The position numbers and the translations under genes are program-made. A stretch of 64,000 nucleotides of DNA, taken from assembly GCF_009914755.1 (NCBI RefSeq), contig NC_060930.1. The stretch is one strand, 5' to 3'. Under the pieces are notes generated by a model. It did no database searches, had not been told where the DNA came from, and saw only the letters and a list, made by a program, of their open reading frames with translations. Positions 12,791 to 27,766 of the stretch are shown here, piece after piece (positions within the stretch are counted from its first letter, which is position 1; every line of letters starts with the position of its first letter). The DNA comes from the human T2T-CHM13v2.0 reference genome, Homo sapiens.

Positions 12791-15700
12791 AAAATACAGC
12801 AATATGGTTCTTGTTCTGCTTTCACTGAGCATGCGTTGTGTTACTGGTGCTCCACCTCAGTAGTAAGTTCACTTAGAAATACGTCAAAGCAGTTCATGTG
12901 ACCATAGTGGTAACAAGTGCCAAGCTTATCTTGAATGTCTTGGACTAGGTTATGTGCACTGAAATGTCCCAGTGAAATTTTTATGTTTTTTTCTTGTGAC
13001 AATTATAAGCAAAATAATCATAGATCAAAGCCCTCATTGGCTCTACTTCTGTGATTTTTAGTGATAGCTGTGATTATTCTGCCTAAGAAAAATAATATGT
13101 CCAGACTCAGGGCCTTCATGATAAAGTACAAAACAACGTACTGAATCGTACTGAATGTAGTGCTTGTCTTCCTTCTGAAAATGTTCAGTGGAAGTGAAGG
13201 TGTGTGATAGAGATATTTGGGAATTGTTAAATGGTTGAAGAGTGATAGGATGGACCACATGTGGCTAAAATAGAATCTTTACAGCTTGGTCTTTCCAATT
13301 CATTCCCTTCCATTGCAGCTAACATTTATTGAGAGTTAATTTTGCTTTAAATAAAATAATTTAATTTAAAATAGTTTATTTTTTCCATAATAAAAAGAAG
13401 ATAACTTTCTTGCAGTTTCACCCCTGAATTTTTTAATCACCTAGCTGTATTGTTAAATTTAATTATAAATTCTTTTGTTCAATAGCTATCTATTGAGCAC
13501 TATTTGCCTGCCACTTTGCCAGATACTAGGGGGCTGAGGGGAAGAAAGGACAAGAGGACATGGGGATGAATAAGGAGATTCCCAGACCCTGAGGCACTCC
13601 TAGCCTCTGCAGACACAGACACACAAAAATACCACCATTTAGATGGTAACAAAGACAACAGCATAGTTAGGAACCCAAAAGGAACCCAAAGGTGAAAATG
13701 GTAACTGTTGTATTGCCTGCAAATTTAAGCTATCGTGTTGATGCTTTACTGTGTTCACTCTCTCAAGGATATCTTTATTTGTAAGAACTTCTTGGATACC
13801 ATGTTTTAATTCTCAGCGATGATGGAGAGTAAAGAAAAAAATTTGAAGAAAACAACCCTCAAGTAATATGATGCAGAGAGCCATTTCCCTGTCCAAGTAA
13901 AACTAGACTAAGACATTTGCATTTGTTTTTAGCAAATGGAAATAACAGTGGTTTGAGTTACTGCTTATATTGACAGATGTTATCAACTTAACATTCCTAT
14001 TGCAGAACTTTACTCTTACATAAATTTGGAGGATATATTCATTTCTTAGGGTCACTCCAGTTCTAGTCATTAAATTAAGGCTGCAATGTTGTATTCAAAC
14101 ATCAGGGATCTAAAAGTGTTATTTCTGCTTCAAAAGGTGACTGACAAATTTAGGAAAAAGCTCATAATATTTAGTTCATATTTATCCATGTGGTTTGGAA
14201 TTCTCTTTGGCAGGTTAGAATAGGTCTTCAAACTCTATTGTCATGAACACAAGTGACTGTTAGAATGGAATTTACAGGGCAAAGATTATTATATATCTAG
14301 CTTGTGGATTATTTTTATCTTAGAAACTTGCACAGCTTTTCCTCCCACGATTAGCAATGGACATAAAGCAATAGTGTTCTGGAGAGGAATTAGCATATCT
14401 CTTGGTAACATCTTGTAATGGTGACTGGCATTTGGGGCATCGATTCATCAATAAGTGATTTGCAGGAATTTCACCCTGGAGAAGTAGTTGGAGCCATCAC
14501 TCACAAGTCACAATGCCAAGCCGTTTTAGATGATGATTATATGCTGTTACAGAATTTTCAGTCCTAGCCCCAGATTTTTCTACTGAAAATGAAAACTCAC
14601 AAAAGGAATGTAGAATTAGAGCTCAGGATAGCCCAAGAATGCTTTCATTGGAGTGCTGAATTTGCCTTCTTCGTGGCTGAGCCCAAAATCTTGCATCATT
14701 TCTCACTCCTGTGAAATTAGGGACAAGAGGAGAGGCAGCTTTGCTTCTGGGAATTAATGCCTCACTCTGCTGTCATATTTTCCAGTCTCTTCTACTAAGA
14801 TGTGATTTACAAATGCTTAATAATTCTGGGCATATGCAGAACCAACTCCAATAACAAAACCACACAGGAGTTGCCATTAAGTGTAGGCCCTTTCCTACCA
14901 TGAGGTGTTCTGACACAGAGCTGTTTCCATCCTGTTAGTAGGTCTCAAGAGGTCATTGATGAAGGTAGTCTCCTAATTAGGATCCACACAGAACACACTT
15001 GCCTGACTTTCAAATCAGGGGCTCCCGAACTTCCTAGTTGCAGCTCAAGAGGCTCATTGCCCTGGGACAATTTATTTCACCTTCAGCACCTTCAGGCTGT
15101 CTCTGGGAATCTCTGTTATGCTGAGTGACTAAATTTTGACTACCTGTGGCCCCGGGGAACCTAATTTCACTAACAGATGTCCTCTTCCCCATTTCTCATC
15201 AACCGTTTGATGTAGAGACCAATAAGAAAACTTTAAGTTTGTCTGAAAGCCTATGGAATACAAACCAAAGAGCACCTCTATCCTGCCAGCTAGACTGACT
15301 GCACACAGAAAGATGCTCACATCTTCCGCTATGTGTGTGAAGCACCATGGATCTGACTTTAGATTTGAGCAAAGGCTTAGGAATAGTAAAAGAATAATCT
15401 ATGGAGCTGTAAAAGCCACAGATGCCACAGTTCATAGTTCATGCAAACTTGGAGCGTGTTTACCAAAGGCAGGGAACCCTAGATGTCTACCCTGGTCCTA
15501 TACTACCCTATCTTCTTGTGCTCCTTATGTCCTTGCCCAACACTGTCAGACTTTTGATGCTTCCTTGAACACAAGATTGACATTCAGAACTTTATGCTTT
15601 TACTTCAGGGAGATCCCTATTTTTTGTTTCTACCTGGGCAAACTACACTCCAGCTAATGTTGAATTCACGGCATCCGGCCTTTCATATTCTGTAAAGCTT

Positions 15701-18191
15701 TGGCTAAGGACATTATCCATTGAACCATTCCCTGCCTCCTAGACAATGACTGTGAACAAAATCTCCCTGAATTAGATAGGAGAATAAACCTTATCTCTCA
15801 TGAAGAATTTGTATGCTTCCTTCTTCCAAATATTATATTGCCTTCCTAGTTTTCGCTGCCAAGAAATTTAAGACTAGGCTTTATGTTCTTTCTCAGTAAT
15901 GGTAGAGGCTTTGACAGCTGTTTTGCTCCTCATAACCTATGGTTCTCTACTTTTATTTTCATGTTGTTAATATTTTGCAGTAATCATCTTTGTGAATGAA
16001 CTCAATTAATTTCTAGAAATAGGTAGGGCATAAACAAAGACAAGACCAAAGTGTTACATTAGAATGATACTTAGAGAAGATATTTATGTAAATGAGTATA
16101 GGAATTAGGTCCAAGTGGATGGCCTCCCCAGGACCTAACTTAATTTAGCCTGTTAATAGAGCAAATGATATCTCTCACATTATTTTCCTTACAAAATCAT
16201 TCTCTCGATCAGTTTTTGGGCAAAAGCTAAATATTGGATTATTTAAATGAAGGTGGTGGGAGCTTAAGCAAGTTGAGTGGAACAAAATTTGGATCCAGTT
16301 CTGTGACTTGAGGCCAAAGGAAGAAGAGACCTAATTTGGGAAACTGTGTGGGAGCAAGTGATTTGATAGAGTGGCTTTACACAGAAGCATCCCTGGATGA
16401 ACCCATAGCCTGTGGGGAATGAGACTTAGGCTGCAAAATTCTTCTTGTCTTAAATTCAGCAGCAGGTGCTGAATCGGATGGGAATTGTAGGAGAAGGGCA
16501 AAAAGGGGAGATGAAGAGCTCAGTGGGCTCTACTCTGGAAAGTTGGGACAAATAAAGGGAAGGGAAGCAAGACTGGGTCTGGCTAGACCTAGAGAGTCCA
16601 TGCTAGGGTGTTCCTAGCCCAGTTCTCTAATGAATAGTACTTACTTGCAGTCCAGCCTAATAACACTCAGTCTGTCCCTGCATCACTGTTTTCTCTCAGG
16701 AACTCAACTCTGAGTCTTAAGAAAACCAAAAGCAGTTGGACCTCAGGGTCCAAGTGTTTCCCACTGTCCTTATAAGGCCCCAGATAAACTGCCCACAGCC
16801 CTCTCACCACCCTGATTTGGCTACTACCACCTCATCACTGCCAGCCGAATCTTTGCCAGGAGAACCTGCAGAAGGGAGGAAATGTGGCTTAGATCTACAG
16901 GACATCTTTTTTCTTTCAGGTATGCAGTGTCACATGCAGCCTTATGGAAAAATAGAGGCAGGGAAGGATAGGGCAAGCCTCATTTCTAGTAATGATACAA
17001 GATTGGGCACAAATGCTTCTAATCACAATAACCTTCTGAAAATGCCAAATACTTTTCTGAAAAATGGAGAAAACTGTTTTATTTTTCTTAATTATTTTCC
17101 TGGCCAAGACAATGTCAAAAGAAGTAGCCTTAAAGCTAGGGACTGCCCCACCAGGAATGTCACTTTCCTTTCAGGGAACTTTCATTCCTCATCATCACCA
17201 ATGACAGGAACTCTCAGCCTCCTCATCCCTCTATTTTCCTTTTCCAGTTCTTGTCTCCAGAGGATGCTCTCAAACGCCTAGTCTGCCTGTTTCTGATTCT
17301 GGGGGGTGCCTCCTTCAGAGCTGCTGCCGGAAAAGGTGATTGTTTCCACTGCAGCTTCTGATGGAAGCGATAAGGATGGTTCCCTGAAAGATGCCGTTTC
17401 CATCTTTCCTCTGCCTGTGTGTCAGAGTCTCTCCCTACCACCACCCGAATCCCCCGTGTTCTGGAAGATCCCCTTTCCCAGACAGCTGCTGGGTTTTTCA
17501 TCAAAGGACAAGCAAGCCGTCTTCATTTACACCAGATGGAACCTAGAAATCTCTTTTTTTTCTCTCTCTGTCTTTCCTTTCCTCAATATCTGTTAATATT
17601 TAAGTGAGTGGTTTTCAAAATCACCCCAAGTAGGAAACCCCTATAAGGCATTTATTATTTCAATAATGATGCATGGCTTATTTTTATTCCAGTTTCCTGT
17701 GACATCTGTAACATCTGAAATTTGAAAAAATTCCAAACTAAAAATGTATGCAAATGTGTATTTCCTTAAATTGGCTTTTATATTTACGTTAAATAAAAGA
17801 AAACAGGAGTATCTTGAAAATGTGACATCTATTTAATTGAATACCCAGAAGACAACACTCTGTCCTCTTCCCATATCAAACTCAGCCAAAGCAAGGAACT
17901 TGAGGTGAAACAGGAGGAGTAACAAGTCCTAGTGACATAAAAGGCAGATTGAAGGTCACCTTCAGATTGGATATTGCCAACCTTTTGCTCTACTCTGGTG
18001 TTTTTTATGGATTGCATCTTGATGACTTTTGCCCAATGTGAATGCAAATAGCAGCAAAAAGGCATCCATGTAGTAATGCTCAAAAATGTCACCGTGACTT
18101 GGTCTGAAAAACAACATATAGATACTAGAGGAAAAAACAAAAACCAAAATGCATATTTGCTCTTTAAATCATGGCAATGGTGAGGAGCTAC

Positions 18192-18877
18192 TGAGAAATA
18201 CAAATAAAATTCTAAGTCCCCTAACTGACTGAATGAACCCTCTCTTGGCCAAGTAGACCCCAGAGTAAACTCGAAAACTGAGTCTTGGCCAGGACTGGAT
18301 GGGAGGTCAGACACACTTTGAATACCCCCTCCCCCACTAACCGCTAGGAGGGTTTTGTCTTTCAGAGCTAAACAGATAGCAGCCCTCCCAAAAGACTCCA
18401 CCACAGATACCAACCAATGGCCTGACACTGCCCTTTCTTTTGTGCCTCATAGAAGACCACTGACCACAGAGTGGTTCTGGCCAGACTAAGGAGAATGTGC
18501 AGGGAGGGTTTTCATGACCTCTGCTTTACCTTTTGATGCCAGAGTGCAGAAAACTCCACACTTGGATCATGCTAACACCACCAATTTTTGTACAAGAGAC
18601 CCATGAAGGAACATGAAGCTCAGTTGTGCATGCACATGCTTCTCCTTTCATAAATAGTCATGACTTCTCCTATAGCTTAGTGAATATGTGTATTTGGCCA
18701 CCCTGTGCAGCATAAATTTCTGTTCCCTTTGACCCTCCCTTGAAATGTCTGTTTCCAGCTTCTGGCTGGTAGCTATGCTTCCCAGCCTGTCAGAACAGCC
18801 ACCCTGCAGGCTGCAGTCTTTTATGGGAAATAAAACACCTTTCCAAATTTATGAACTTCCTCTTTCTTCAGTTGACA
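18192..18877 (+). mobile_element. MER50-family ERV1 solo LTR
   Basis: TG...CA ends (tgagaaatacaaataaaattctaagtcccc...cttcagttgaca). AATAAA near the 3' end. Perfect 4-bp TSD ctac (18188-18191 / 18878-18881). Confidence 0.85.
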
Positions 18878-20499
18878 CTACTGTGGTTTAACATACTGAT
18901 TTCAATGGAGATCACCTTGGATATTAAAACTGAAGTGTAAAAAGAACCGAGAAGAAGGGAAAGAAATAAATATCTAATTTTTAAGTATATAGTTGCACGG
19001 TATGATTCTGGCAGTAAGACAGATGATTAGACAAGCCTGATTTCTTTTCCGATACTAAACAACATTTCCCCCAGCCATTCTTATGATTTTCTTCTCTCTC
19101 ATATAAAGTTTTCCACAGTGATAGCATGTAAAACTATAATTAAACACACAGAAAAACAGTTTGATGGGCTGAAAATCTGCTGTCCTTAAGTTGTTGTGTT
19201 GTGCATGACAGTTTTGCAAATACTCTGGCTTTATAAACATGAGATTCATCTGCATATTCAGTTTTGAATAAGATCCTTCTAGTTCTGAAGCAATACTATT
19301 AGCCCACACTAGTGTCACTGGCAGGATATATTCATGGCATACTGTAGTAGACAGAAGAATATCGGGAATATCGGAAATGTAGGCTCTAGATCTGTTTTTA
19401 CTTATTATTTAGGGTAGATTTCAAATATTTTGATTTGTTAAGTAACTTCTCAGTTTGTCCATGTTTTCATCATGTGAAGTTGGTGACTGGACTGGCAAGC
19501 ATCTAGAGTTGTTCAGCTCCATAGGAAAATTAGGCAAAACCTGGTTATGTCATTTTGTGACTTTGGGTATGGAAGGGAAGATAGAGCTGGACAGGTAGGA
19601 AGGGAGAAGAGAAGTTGCCTAACATAATGGGAATGTACATATTCCTTACTACTACTAGTCCTATGTACTATTTCTACTTAGGTCTTTTTAGTAAAGAACA
19701 TAGGTGTAAAGTTGTTGACCTGATACAAGGATAAAGTCTACATATTCTGCATTGGATACAAATAAACAGTCAAAAAATGCCATCTTTCTTTAATTCTAAG
19801 ATATTCCATTTAATTCATTTTCTTAGAAAATGTTAAGAATATTACATTAAATGAATAAATGAAGCATAAGGTATATTCTTATTTCAGAAATGTTAAAATG
19901 TAAAAAAAATATGTTTTTTAGAATCCAAAACCTATATTATTAATTCAGTGCCCTGCATTGCGTCAAATGATATGAGAATATAAGAAACATAAAATATACT
20001 TAAGTAGCTAAGACACAAACAATGAATCAAGTAGAAAAACACAAAGACTCATCTGGCTGCAATACCAAAAATCTGGCTCAACAATGTCAGACCTCAGAGA
20101 GTGGATTTTCTATAGGTTATATATCATTGAAACTCTGTGATTAATGAAGAAAGTGAAAAGAATTTGAGGAGGGACTGGAGAAACAAGAACTAAGAGAAGA
20201 TATTTACATTAGAAAAGGTAAATTAAGAAAAACCAACCTACTGAAGTATCTTTTAACTTTCCTGTTTACATATTCTTTGACTTTAAAATTCAGTCTTTTT
20301 GACATATAACTTTAGAGAAAACAGTCCCTCAACTTCCCACTTATATTAGGAGAAAGATTTAGTGCCTCAAAGTCACATGGTGAGTCTACTAAGACAATCT
20401 GTAAAATATTTTGGTCTCCAGACCATCATTAAGGCATAGAAAATAAGATTTTAAGGAAGTATATTGAATAATAAAAACCCATTAGATACACACTGATAT

Positions 20500-20519
20500 A
20501 CACACAAACACATGCACAG

Positions 20520-20556
<37 letters not shown>

Positions 20557-20557
20557 C
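20500..20557. repeat. (CA)n-(CT)n microsatellite
   Basis: Directly visible. Confidence 0.8.
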
Positions 20558-20919
20558 TTTTTGTGAAGACTGATTAATTTTCAGGGCTTTCTGATGTTTT
20601 ATAAGTATATGTCTACATATGGTTCCTTGGGGGATTAGGACATCTAGGAATCTCACATATGTTCTTGAGATACTGTGTCTCAACTGTAGTCTAAAGTGTT
20701 TCTATTCCTCTATAACTTACATCTTAAAGTTATAATTGCTGAACTATTCAGCATATTGCTTAATGGTTTTGAAAATACACTTGGCAAGGCAACCAGGTGG
20801 CTGGATGAGGTTGGGAACAATCAAGCTCCATTTAAACTTTAAAAAAGAAAAACCAAAGGCAATGAAATTTCAATGTTTATATTAGAAGTCACCTTTGAAT
20901 TTTTCTGGTTTAGTCCAAT

Positions 20920-21020
20920 AGAATCAAACTATTGGAGCCTCTGGAGGTGGGGTCTAGGTTTTGGTGTTTGTAAGGAGCTGCCTAGATGACTCTAAATTAC
21001 AGTAAGGATGGAGAAGAGCT
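20920..21020. mobile_element. MER5 (hAT-Charlie) fragment
   Basis: ctctggaggtggggtctagg..ctgcctagatgactcta resembles MER5A/B. Confidence 0.45.
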
Positions 21021-21488
21021 GATCTAGCTCAATCTTCTCCCTTGTGTGTGAATTTCTTCTATAACATCCCTGATAAATGATCTTTTATTCTTTTGTGGTT
21101 GATATTGTATTGGCTTTTTAAAAAACGTCAATATGTTACATTATCCAAACTAAAAAAACTGCATCAAGAATAAAAACAAAACCCAAATAATATGTATGTG
21201 ATAATTTTGCTTAGAAATATTTTAGCAAAAATATGGCATCTAATGGATTTTAAGCTATTTCACTGAGTAAAGGGGCCTGAAATAAACTCTGGCTCTCATG
21301 GGAGGACGACATAATATGCAACGGGTGTTTAAAGTTACTTTATTGATGTGTAATCTTTATATAATAAACGTTGCTAATTTTAAGTATACTATTTGATGAG
21401 TTTTGACAAACAAATGCAGTCATATGCCCACCATAAAAATTGTGACAGAGGATGTTTTTATAATTCCCCCAATTCTCTCTGCTCCTTT

Positions 21489-22266
21489 TGATACAGACGA
21501 TACAGACAGGAGACAGGGAAATATTGGGTAGAAGAGGGCAGTTCCCTGGCAAAGGTTCCCCCCAAGCCTGGAAATCCACAGCCCTAAATGAAAATGGGCC
21601 CTAAGTGAAAATGTCTCTAAATGAAAAAAGGCAAAAGTTGCCTTTTGGCCCACCACGCCCCCTGTCCTGTACCCATATAAACCCCAAACCCCAGGCTCCA
21701 CGAGGAGACAAAAACAGAAGAGCAGAACAGCAGAATGGCGTGGCAGAGAGACAAGAAGGAGAGTCCGTATGCCGAGAGGAGTTCAGCTGGGGAAAGTCAG
21801 AGAGGAGATTAGCTGCTGGATGGCCAAACTCCAGGGGAAGATCGTCTTCCCGCTACTTCCTTCTTCCAGCTTCCCATCCATCCCACTGAGAACCACCTCC
21901 ACCGGTCAATAAAACACCGGCATTCATCCTTCAAGTCTGTGTGTGACCTGATTCTTCCTGGATGCTGGACAAGGACCTGGGTACCAAGAGGGCACTGGGC
22001 TGTTTAACACTTAAGCCATCTATGGACAGCAAGGCTAAAAGAGTGCACTGTAACATGTGCCCTCTTGGGCTTCAGAAGTCGCAGGATCCCACCTCTGGAT
22101 GTTGCCATGGGGCCGGAGCCCAGGGGCACTCACCATGGCTCCTGCACCTGTCTGTCTGTGTGCTCCCCATCCCATAAGGGATTTGAGCATGTATCGTAGC
22201 CATATAAATGAGCCACACTCCTGTCACACATCCTGCGAGGCAGGGTCAGGAAATTCTCCTGTTTCA
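21489..22266 (+). mobile_element. LTR1-family (HUERS-P2) ERV1 solo LTR
   Basis: tgatacagac..aggagacagggaaatattgggtagaagagggc ... ggaaattctcctgtttca. Perfect TSD cttt (21485-21488 / 22267-22270). Confidence 0.87.
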
Positions 22267-22382
22267 CTTTGTATTATAGTTTGTTCCCTAGAATCTCTCT
22301 CCGCTCCTAGCAACCACTGATACAGTTTCCATAGAATGGACCTATGAAGCCCCCTGAGCCAGAAGTTTTCTTTGTAGGAAGG

Positions 22383-23100
<718 letters not shown>

Positions 23101-23610
23101 ACTGTGAATTCAGTTATTTAATAGATATAGAGCTATTGAGGTTATCTGTTTTCTCTTAAATTAGCTTGGCTAGTTTGTGTCTTTCAAATAATTTGTTCAT
23201 TTCACATAAGATATTGAATTTACAAGGATAAGGTTGTTCATAACATTTTCTTATTATTTTTTAATGTCTGTATAAACTTTAGTGATGGTCCCTCTTTTAT
23301 TCCTGACCTTGGAATTCATGCCTTTTCTCTCTTTCTTATGTGTGTATGTGTTAATAATTCTGATTAGAAGTTAGCAATTTTATTGATCTTTCCAAAGATC
23401 CATCTTTTGATTCCAGGGGTGGAAATGGCGTACCCACATTTTAAGGGTACAAGGTGTGTTCTAGGGAATAAAGCAAGTCTCAATAAATTTAAAAGTATTG
23501 AAATGATAGTAGATTAGTGTTCTGTGTGGGAGATGTGCAAGGGGAGAAGAAAAGACACACACAATACCTTCAAGTGTAAACAACCTTTACCCCACATAAA
23601 TGCCAATGCA

Positions 23611-23690
23611 GATATAATAAGCAAATTATATAATATGCAAATTAATATAAGCAAATTATATAATAAGCAAATTGATATAATAAGCAAATT
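23611..23690. repeat. ~5 x 16-17 bp tandem repeat (atataataagcaaatt) within the LTR
   Basis: Directly visible. One copy reads ATGCAAAT (23635-23642). Confidence 0.85.
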
Positions 23691-24036
23691 GCAATGGGAA
23701 GGGGAGAAGGGAAAAGATATATATATATATTTACACTCACCAGACTATGGAGGATTCATCACCAGACTGGGAAGCAACAGCCTGGGCTCCAGAGTCGGCC
23801 ACTTGTCAGTGCACAGGAGAGAGCTCATGAAGCTTCAGCACCGTCTGGGACCCTAGCCCTTTTTGTAATGAGTTGTTTGGCACGAGACTCAGTCATGAGG
23901 GCACCTTGTGACTGGGCTCAAGGAACACAAAAAGGTCAACTTGTTTTTGCAATTGTCTGTTGTTTTTTAATAGCTAACGTATAGGAATAGATTGAAACAG
24001 AGATTTTTCCAAAACAGTGCTGAATGAATGCCTCAA

Positions 24037-24120
24037 GGGGCTCATGCAATCTGTTCCGGGACTTGGGGCTCATGCAACCTGTTCCGGCACTTGGGGTTCA
24101 TGCAACCTGTTCCGGTACCT
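24037..24120. repeat. 3 x 28-bp tandem repeat (ggggctcatgcaacctgttccggNactt) within the LTR
   Basis: Units at 24037, 24065 and 24093. Confidence 0.92.
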
Positions 24121-25564
24121 GGTGACCATCATTTGTGTCCACATTCAATTTAGTTCATATTTAATATTTAACTTTTCCTCCACAAAGGCAGTATGTATTC
24201 CACCATAAAGGAATTAAACTAGAAAACAGTAACAGAAAATACCTTAAAAACACCCCAAATCTTTGGAAATGAAACAACAAACTTCTAAATAATTCTTAGG
24301 TCAAAAAAGAAATGCCAAGGAAAATTAAGAAATACTTTTTAACTGAATGAACATAAAAACACAACATAACAAAATGTATTGCATGTAGCTAAAGTAGTGC
24401 TTAGAAAAAAATTTATAGCTTTAAATGCTTATATTAGAAAATAAGAAACACTAAACTGATTATATAAATTTCAACTTAAACTAGAATAAGAAAAACAAAT
24501 TAAACCCGCGTAAATAGAAGTGATAGACAGGAGGCAAGAAAATACTGGGTCTATTGGAGCTTTTATGGGTACAGAATGGGGGCGTACTATTGGAGTTTTT
24601 ATGGGTACAGGGTAGGGGACATAATGTGTATCATTCTGTTACACAACAGAACACTGGTGTGTTCCATATCCTGTTGGAAAGAATGTGTATCATTCCGTTG
24701 TTGGGTACAGTAGAAATCGTTAAGAAAATACTAGCAAATCAAATCCAACAATATGTAAGTAGGATACTACATCTCAAGAAAGTAGGGTTTATTCCAGGAA
24801 TGTAAGGTAGGTTTAACATTCAAAAGCCAATCACTAGGTCAGGTTGGTTGATGTTGCTAAAGTCTTCTACATTTTAAATAATTTTCTGTCTGGCTATTCT
24901 ATCAATTACTGAGACAGAAGTATTGAAATATCCAACTTTATTTGTAGATTTTTCTGTTTTTCCTTTCCGTTCTACAAGTTTTTTGGTTCATGTACTTTGA
25001 AATCTTGTTATTAGGTGTATACAGTTAGGATTTTTATGTTCTCTTGATGAATTGACACCTTTATCATTGTGAGTTTTAAAAAATCACTCATATTTCTTTT
25101 TTGAAATCTAATTTATATGTCGATATAGTCACTTCTTTCTTTTGGTTAGTGTTTTCACAATATATCTTTTTCTATTTTCTTACATTAATTTTATCTATTT
25201 ATAAGTTAAGCTGATAGCTTATAGTAGAGTCTTAATTTTTTATCTAACATTACAATCTCTGGTTTTTAATCAGAATATTTAGACCATTTACATCTAAGGT
25301 AATTATTTTATGATTGAGTTTGAATCAATCATCTTAGTATTTGTTTTTTATTTGCCCCATAGGTTTTTAAATTTCCTGTCTTTTCTTGGATTAAGTGAAC
25401 TATCTTATGATTTATGTTTTCTCCTTTATTGCCTATTATCCATAACTCTTGTTTCAAGTTTTTCATTGTCACCTTAGGCTTTACAATATACATATTTAAC
25501 TTAATGTAATTTTTATTCAAATAATATAGTATTATTTAGCATACAGTGAAAGAGTCTTACAACT

Positions 25565-25934
<370 letters not shown>

Positions 25935-25985
25935 TTATATATATGTTATAAACTTTACAACACATTGTTAACTTTTGTATTTTAA

Positions 25986-26302
<317 letters not shown>

Positions 26303-27170
26303 TGAGCTGCATGTATTTTTTTAAAGTCTCATATTTACCCATTTATTTACCATTCCTTTGTATAGATTCAAATTTCTACCTTGTGTCATTTTCCTTCTGA
26401 CTTACTAAGTTCCTTTATCATTTTTTATAATACATATTTAGTTCCAATGAATTCTGTCAGATTTTGTCTGAAAAAGTCTTTATTTTACTCTCATTTTTGA
26501 AAGATATATTCATTGGATATAAAATTGTCAGTTGACAGGGTTTTTGTTTTAATACTTTAAAGATGTTGCTACATTTTCTTCTAATTTAAGTAGCTTCTGA
26601 TAAGGCATATTGTTTTTCTTAACTTTGTTCCTCTGTACAGAGTGTGTCTTTTTTCTGGGTCAGTGTTTAAGTCTTTCTCTTTAGTACTGATTTGATTATG
26701 ATGCACCTTAGTGTGGTTTTCTATACATTTCTTCTTTTTGAGATTTATTGGCTTTTCAATCTTATGGTTTACTGTTTTCAAGACGTTTGAAAACTTTTCA
26801 ACCATTATTGCTTCAAATATTTTTTCTACCCCTGTATCTGGCTCTTGCCTTTTTTGCAACTCCAATTGCCTGTTATTTTACCGCTTGATTTTGCCTTATA
26901 AGGGTCACTGATATATTTTCATATTTTTAAAAATTTATATTTTTTCTGTGTGCTTTATGTCAGATAATTTCTATTGTTATAGATGTAATATTCATATATA
27001 TGTGCATATATGTCACTGATCGAGTCTTCAGCAGTGTCTAATCTGTAGCATTTATCCTATCAAGTGTATTTTCTGAGACTATATTTTTCATCTCTACAAT
27101 TTTCATTTGGGTTTTTAAAAAATCTTCCATTTCTCCACCCATCAAATTTATTATTTGTGTAAAAACCTAC

Positions 27171-27766
27171 TGGAAACCAAAAATAGAATTCTAAGCACCC
27201 CTCAACCATCTGAATGGACTTCCTCCTAAGCCAGGGAGCTCTTGAGCTGAACCTGAAAGACTGGTTGGGACCATGATGGGAAGTGGAGGTCAGACATGCC
27301 TCAGTATACCTCTCTGGTATTAACATCAACACGGACCTTAAGTCTGATAAGAAACATTTACAGTCTAGTCTCTGTGAAGCCTGCTACCCAAAGGCTTCAT
27401 CTGCACAATAAGAACCTTGGTTTCCACAATCCTTTACCTAAACCAGACATTTTCTTTTTATTGATCCCAGGTCTTTAGATAAACTCAACCAACCGTCAAC
27501 TAGGACATTTTTAAATCTACCTATAACCTGGAAGACCATACATCTTCCAGTCGTTCCGCCTTTCTGGAGCCAACCAATGTATTTCTTAACTGTATTTGAT
27601 TGAAGTCTCATGTCTCCCTAAAACGTATAAAACCAAACTGCACCCTGACCACCTTGGGCCCATGTTCTCAGGATATCTGGGGCTGTGTCATGGGCCATGG
27701 TCGCTCATATTTGGCTCAGAATAAATCACTTCAAATATTTTACAGAGTTTGAATTTTTTATCAACA
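27171..27766 (+). mobile_element. MER4-family (MER4A1/B-like) ERV1 solo LTR
   Basis: tggaaaccaaaaatagaattctaag...ggctcagaataaat..tcaaatattttacagagtttg..tcaaca. Perfect TSD ctac (27167-27170 / 27767-27770). Confidence 0.88.

Larger units (their letters stand above)
23518..24184 (-). mobile_element. LTR10-family (LTR10C-like, HERV-I group) solo LTR
   Basis: Reverse complement begins tgtggaggaaaagttaaatattaaat and ends ...cccacacagaaca. Contains internal tandem repeats. No clear TSD. Confidence 0.7.

Noticed and set aside
13137-13156. Short tandem duplications (cgtactgaat x2; similar ones near 13669, 19357, 21490, 51166)
   Set aside because: Ordinary slippage or repair micro-duplications with no higher-order pattern.
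16736-17281. 181-aa ORF
   Set aside because: Starts at TTG, has no recognisable homology and no convincing splice structure.
17829-18428. 199-aa ORF, the longest in the track
   Set aside because: Non-ATG start inside the MER50 LTR antisense strand, reading into AT-rich flank. Chance ORF.
24554-24805. ORF ending in KILANQIQQ..VGFIPGM
   Set aside because: A real L1 ORF2 RT remnant, but a ~120-bp dead fragment and not a gene.
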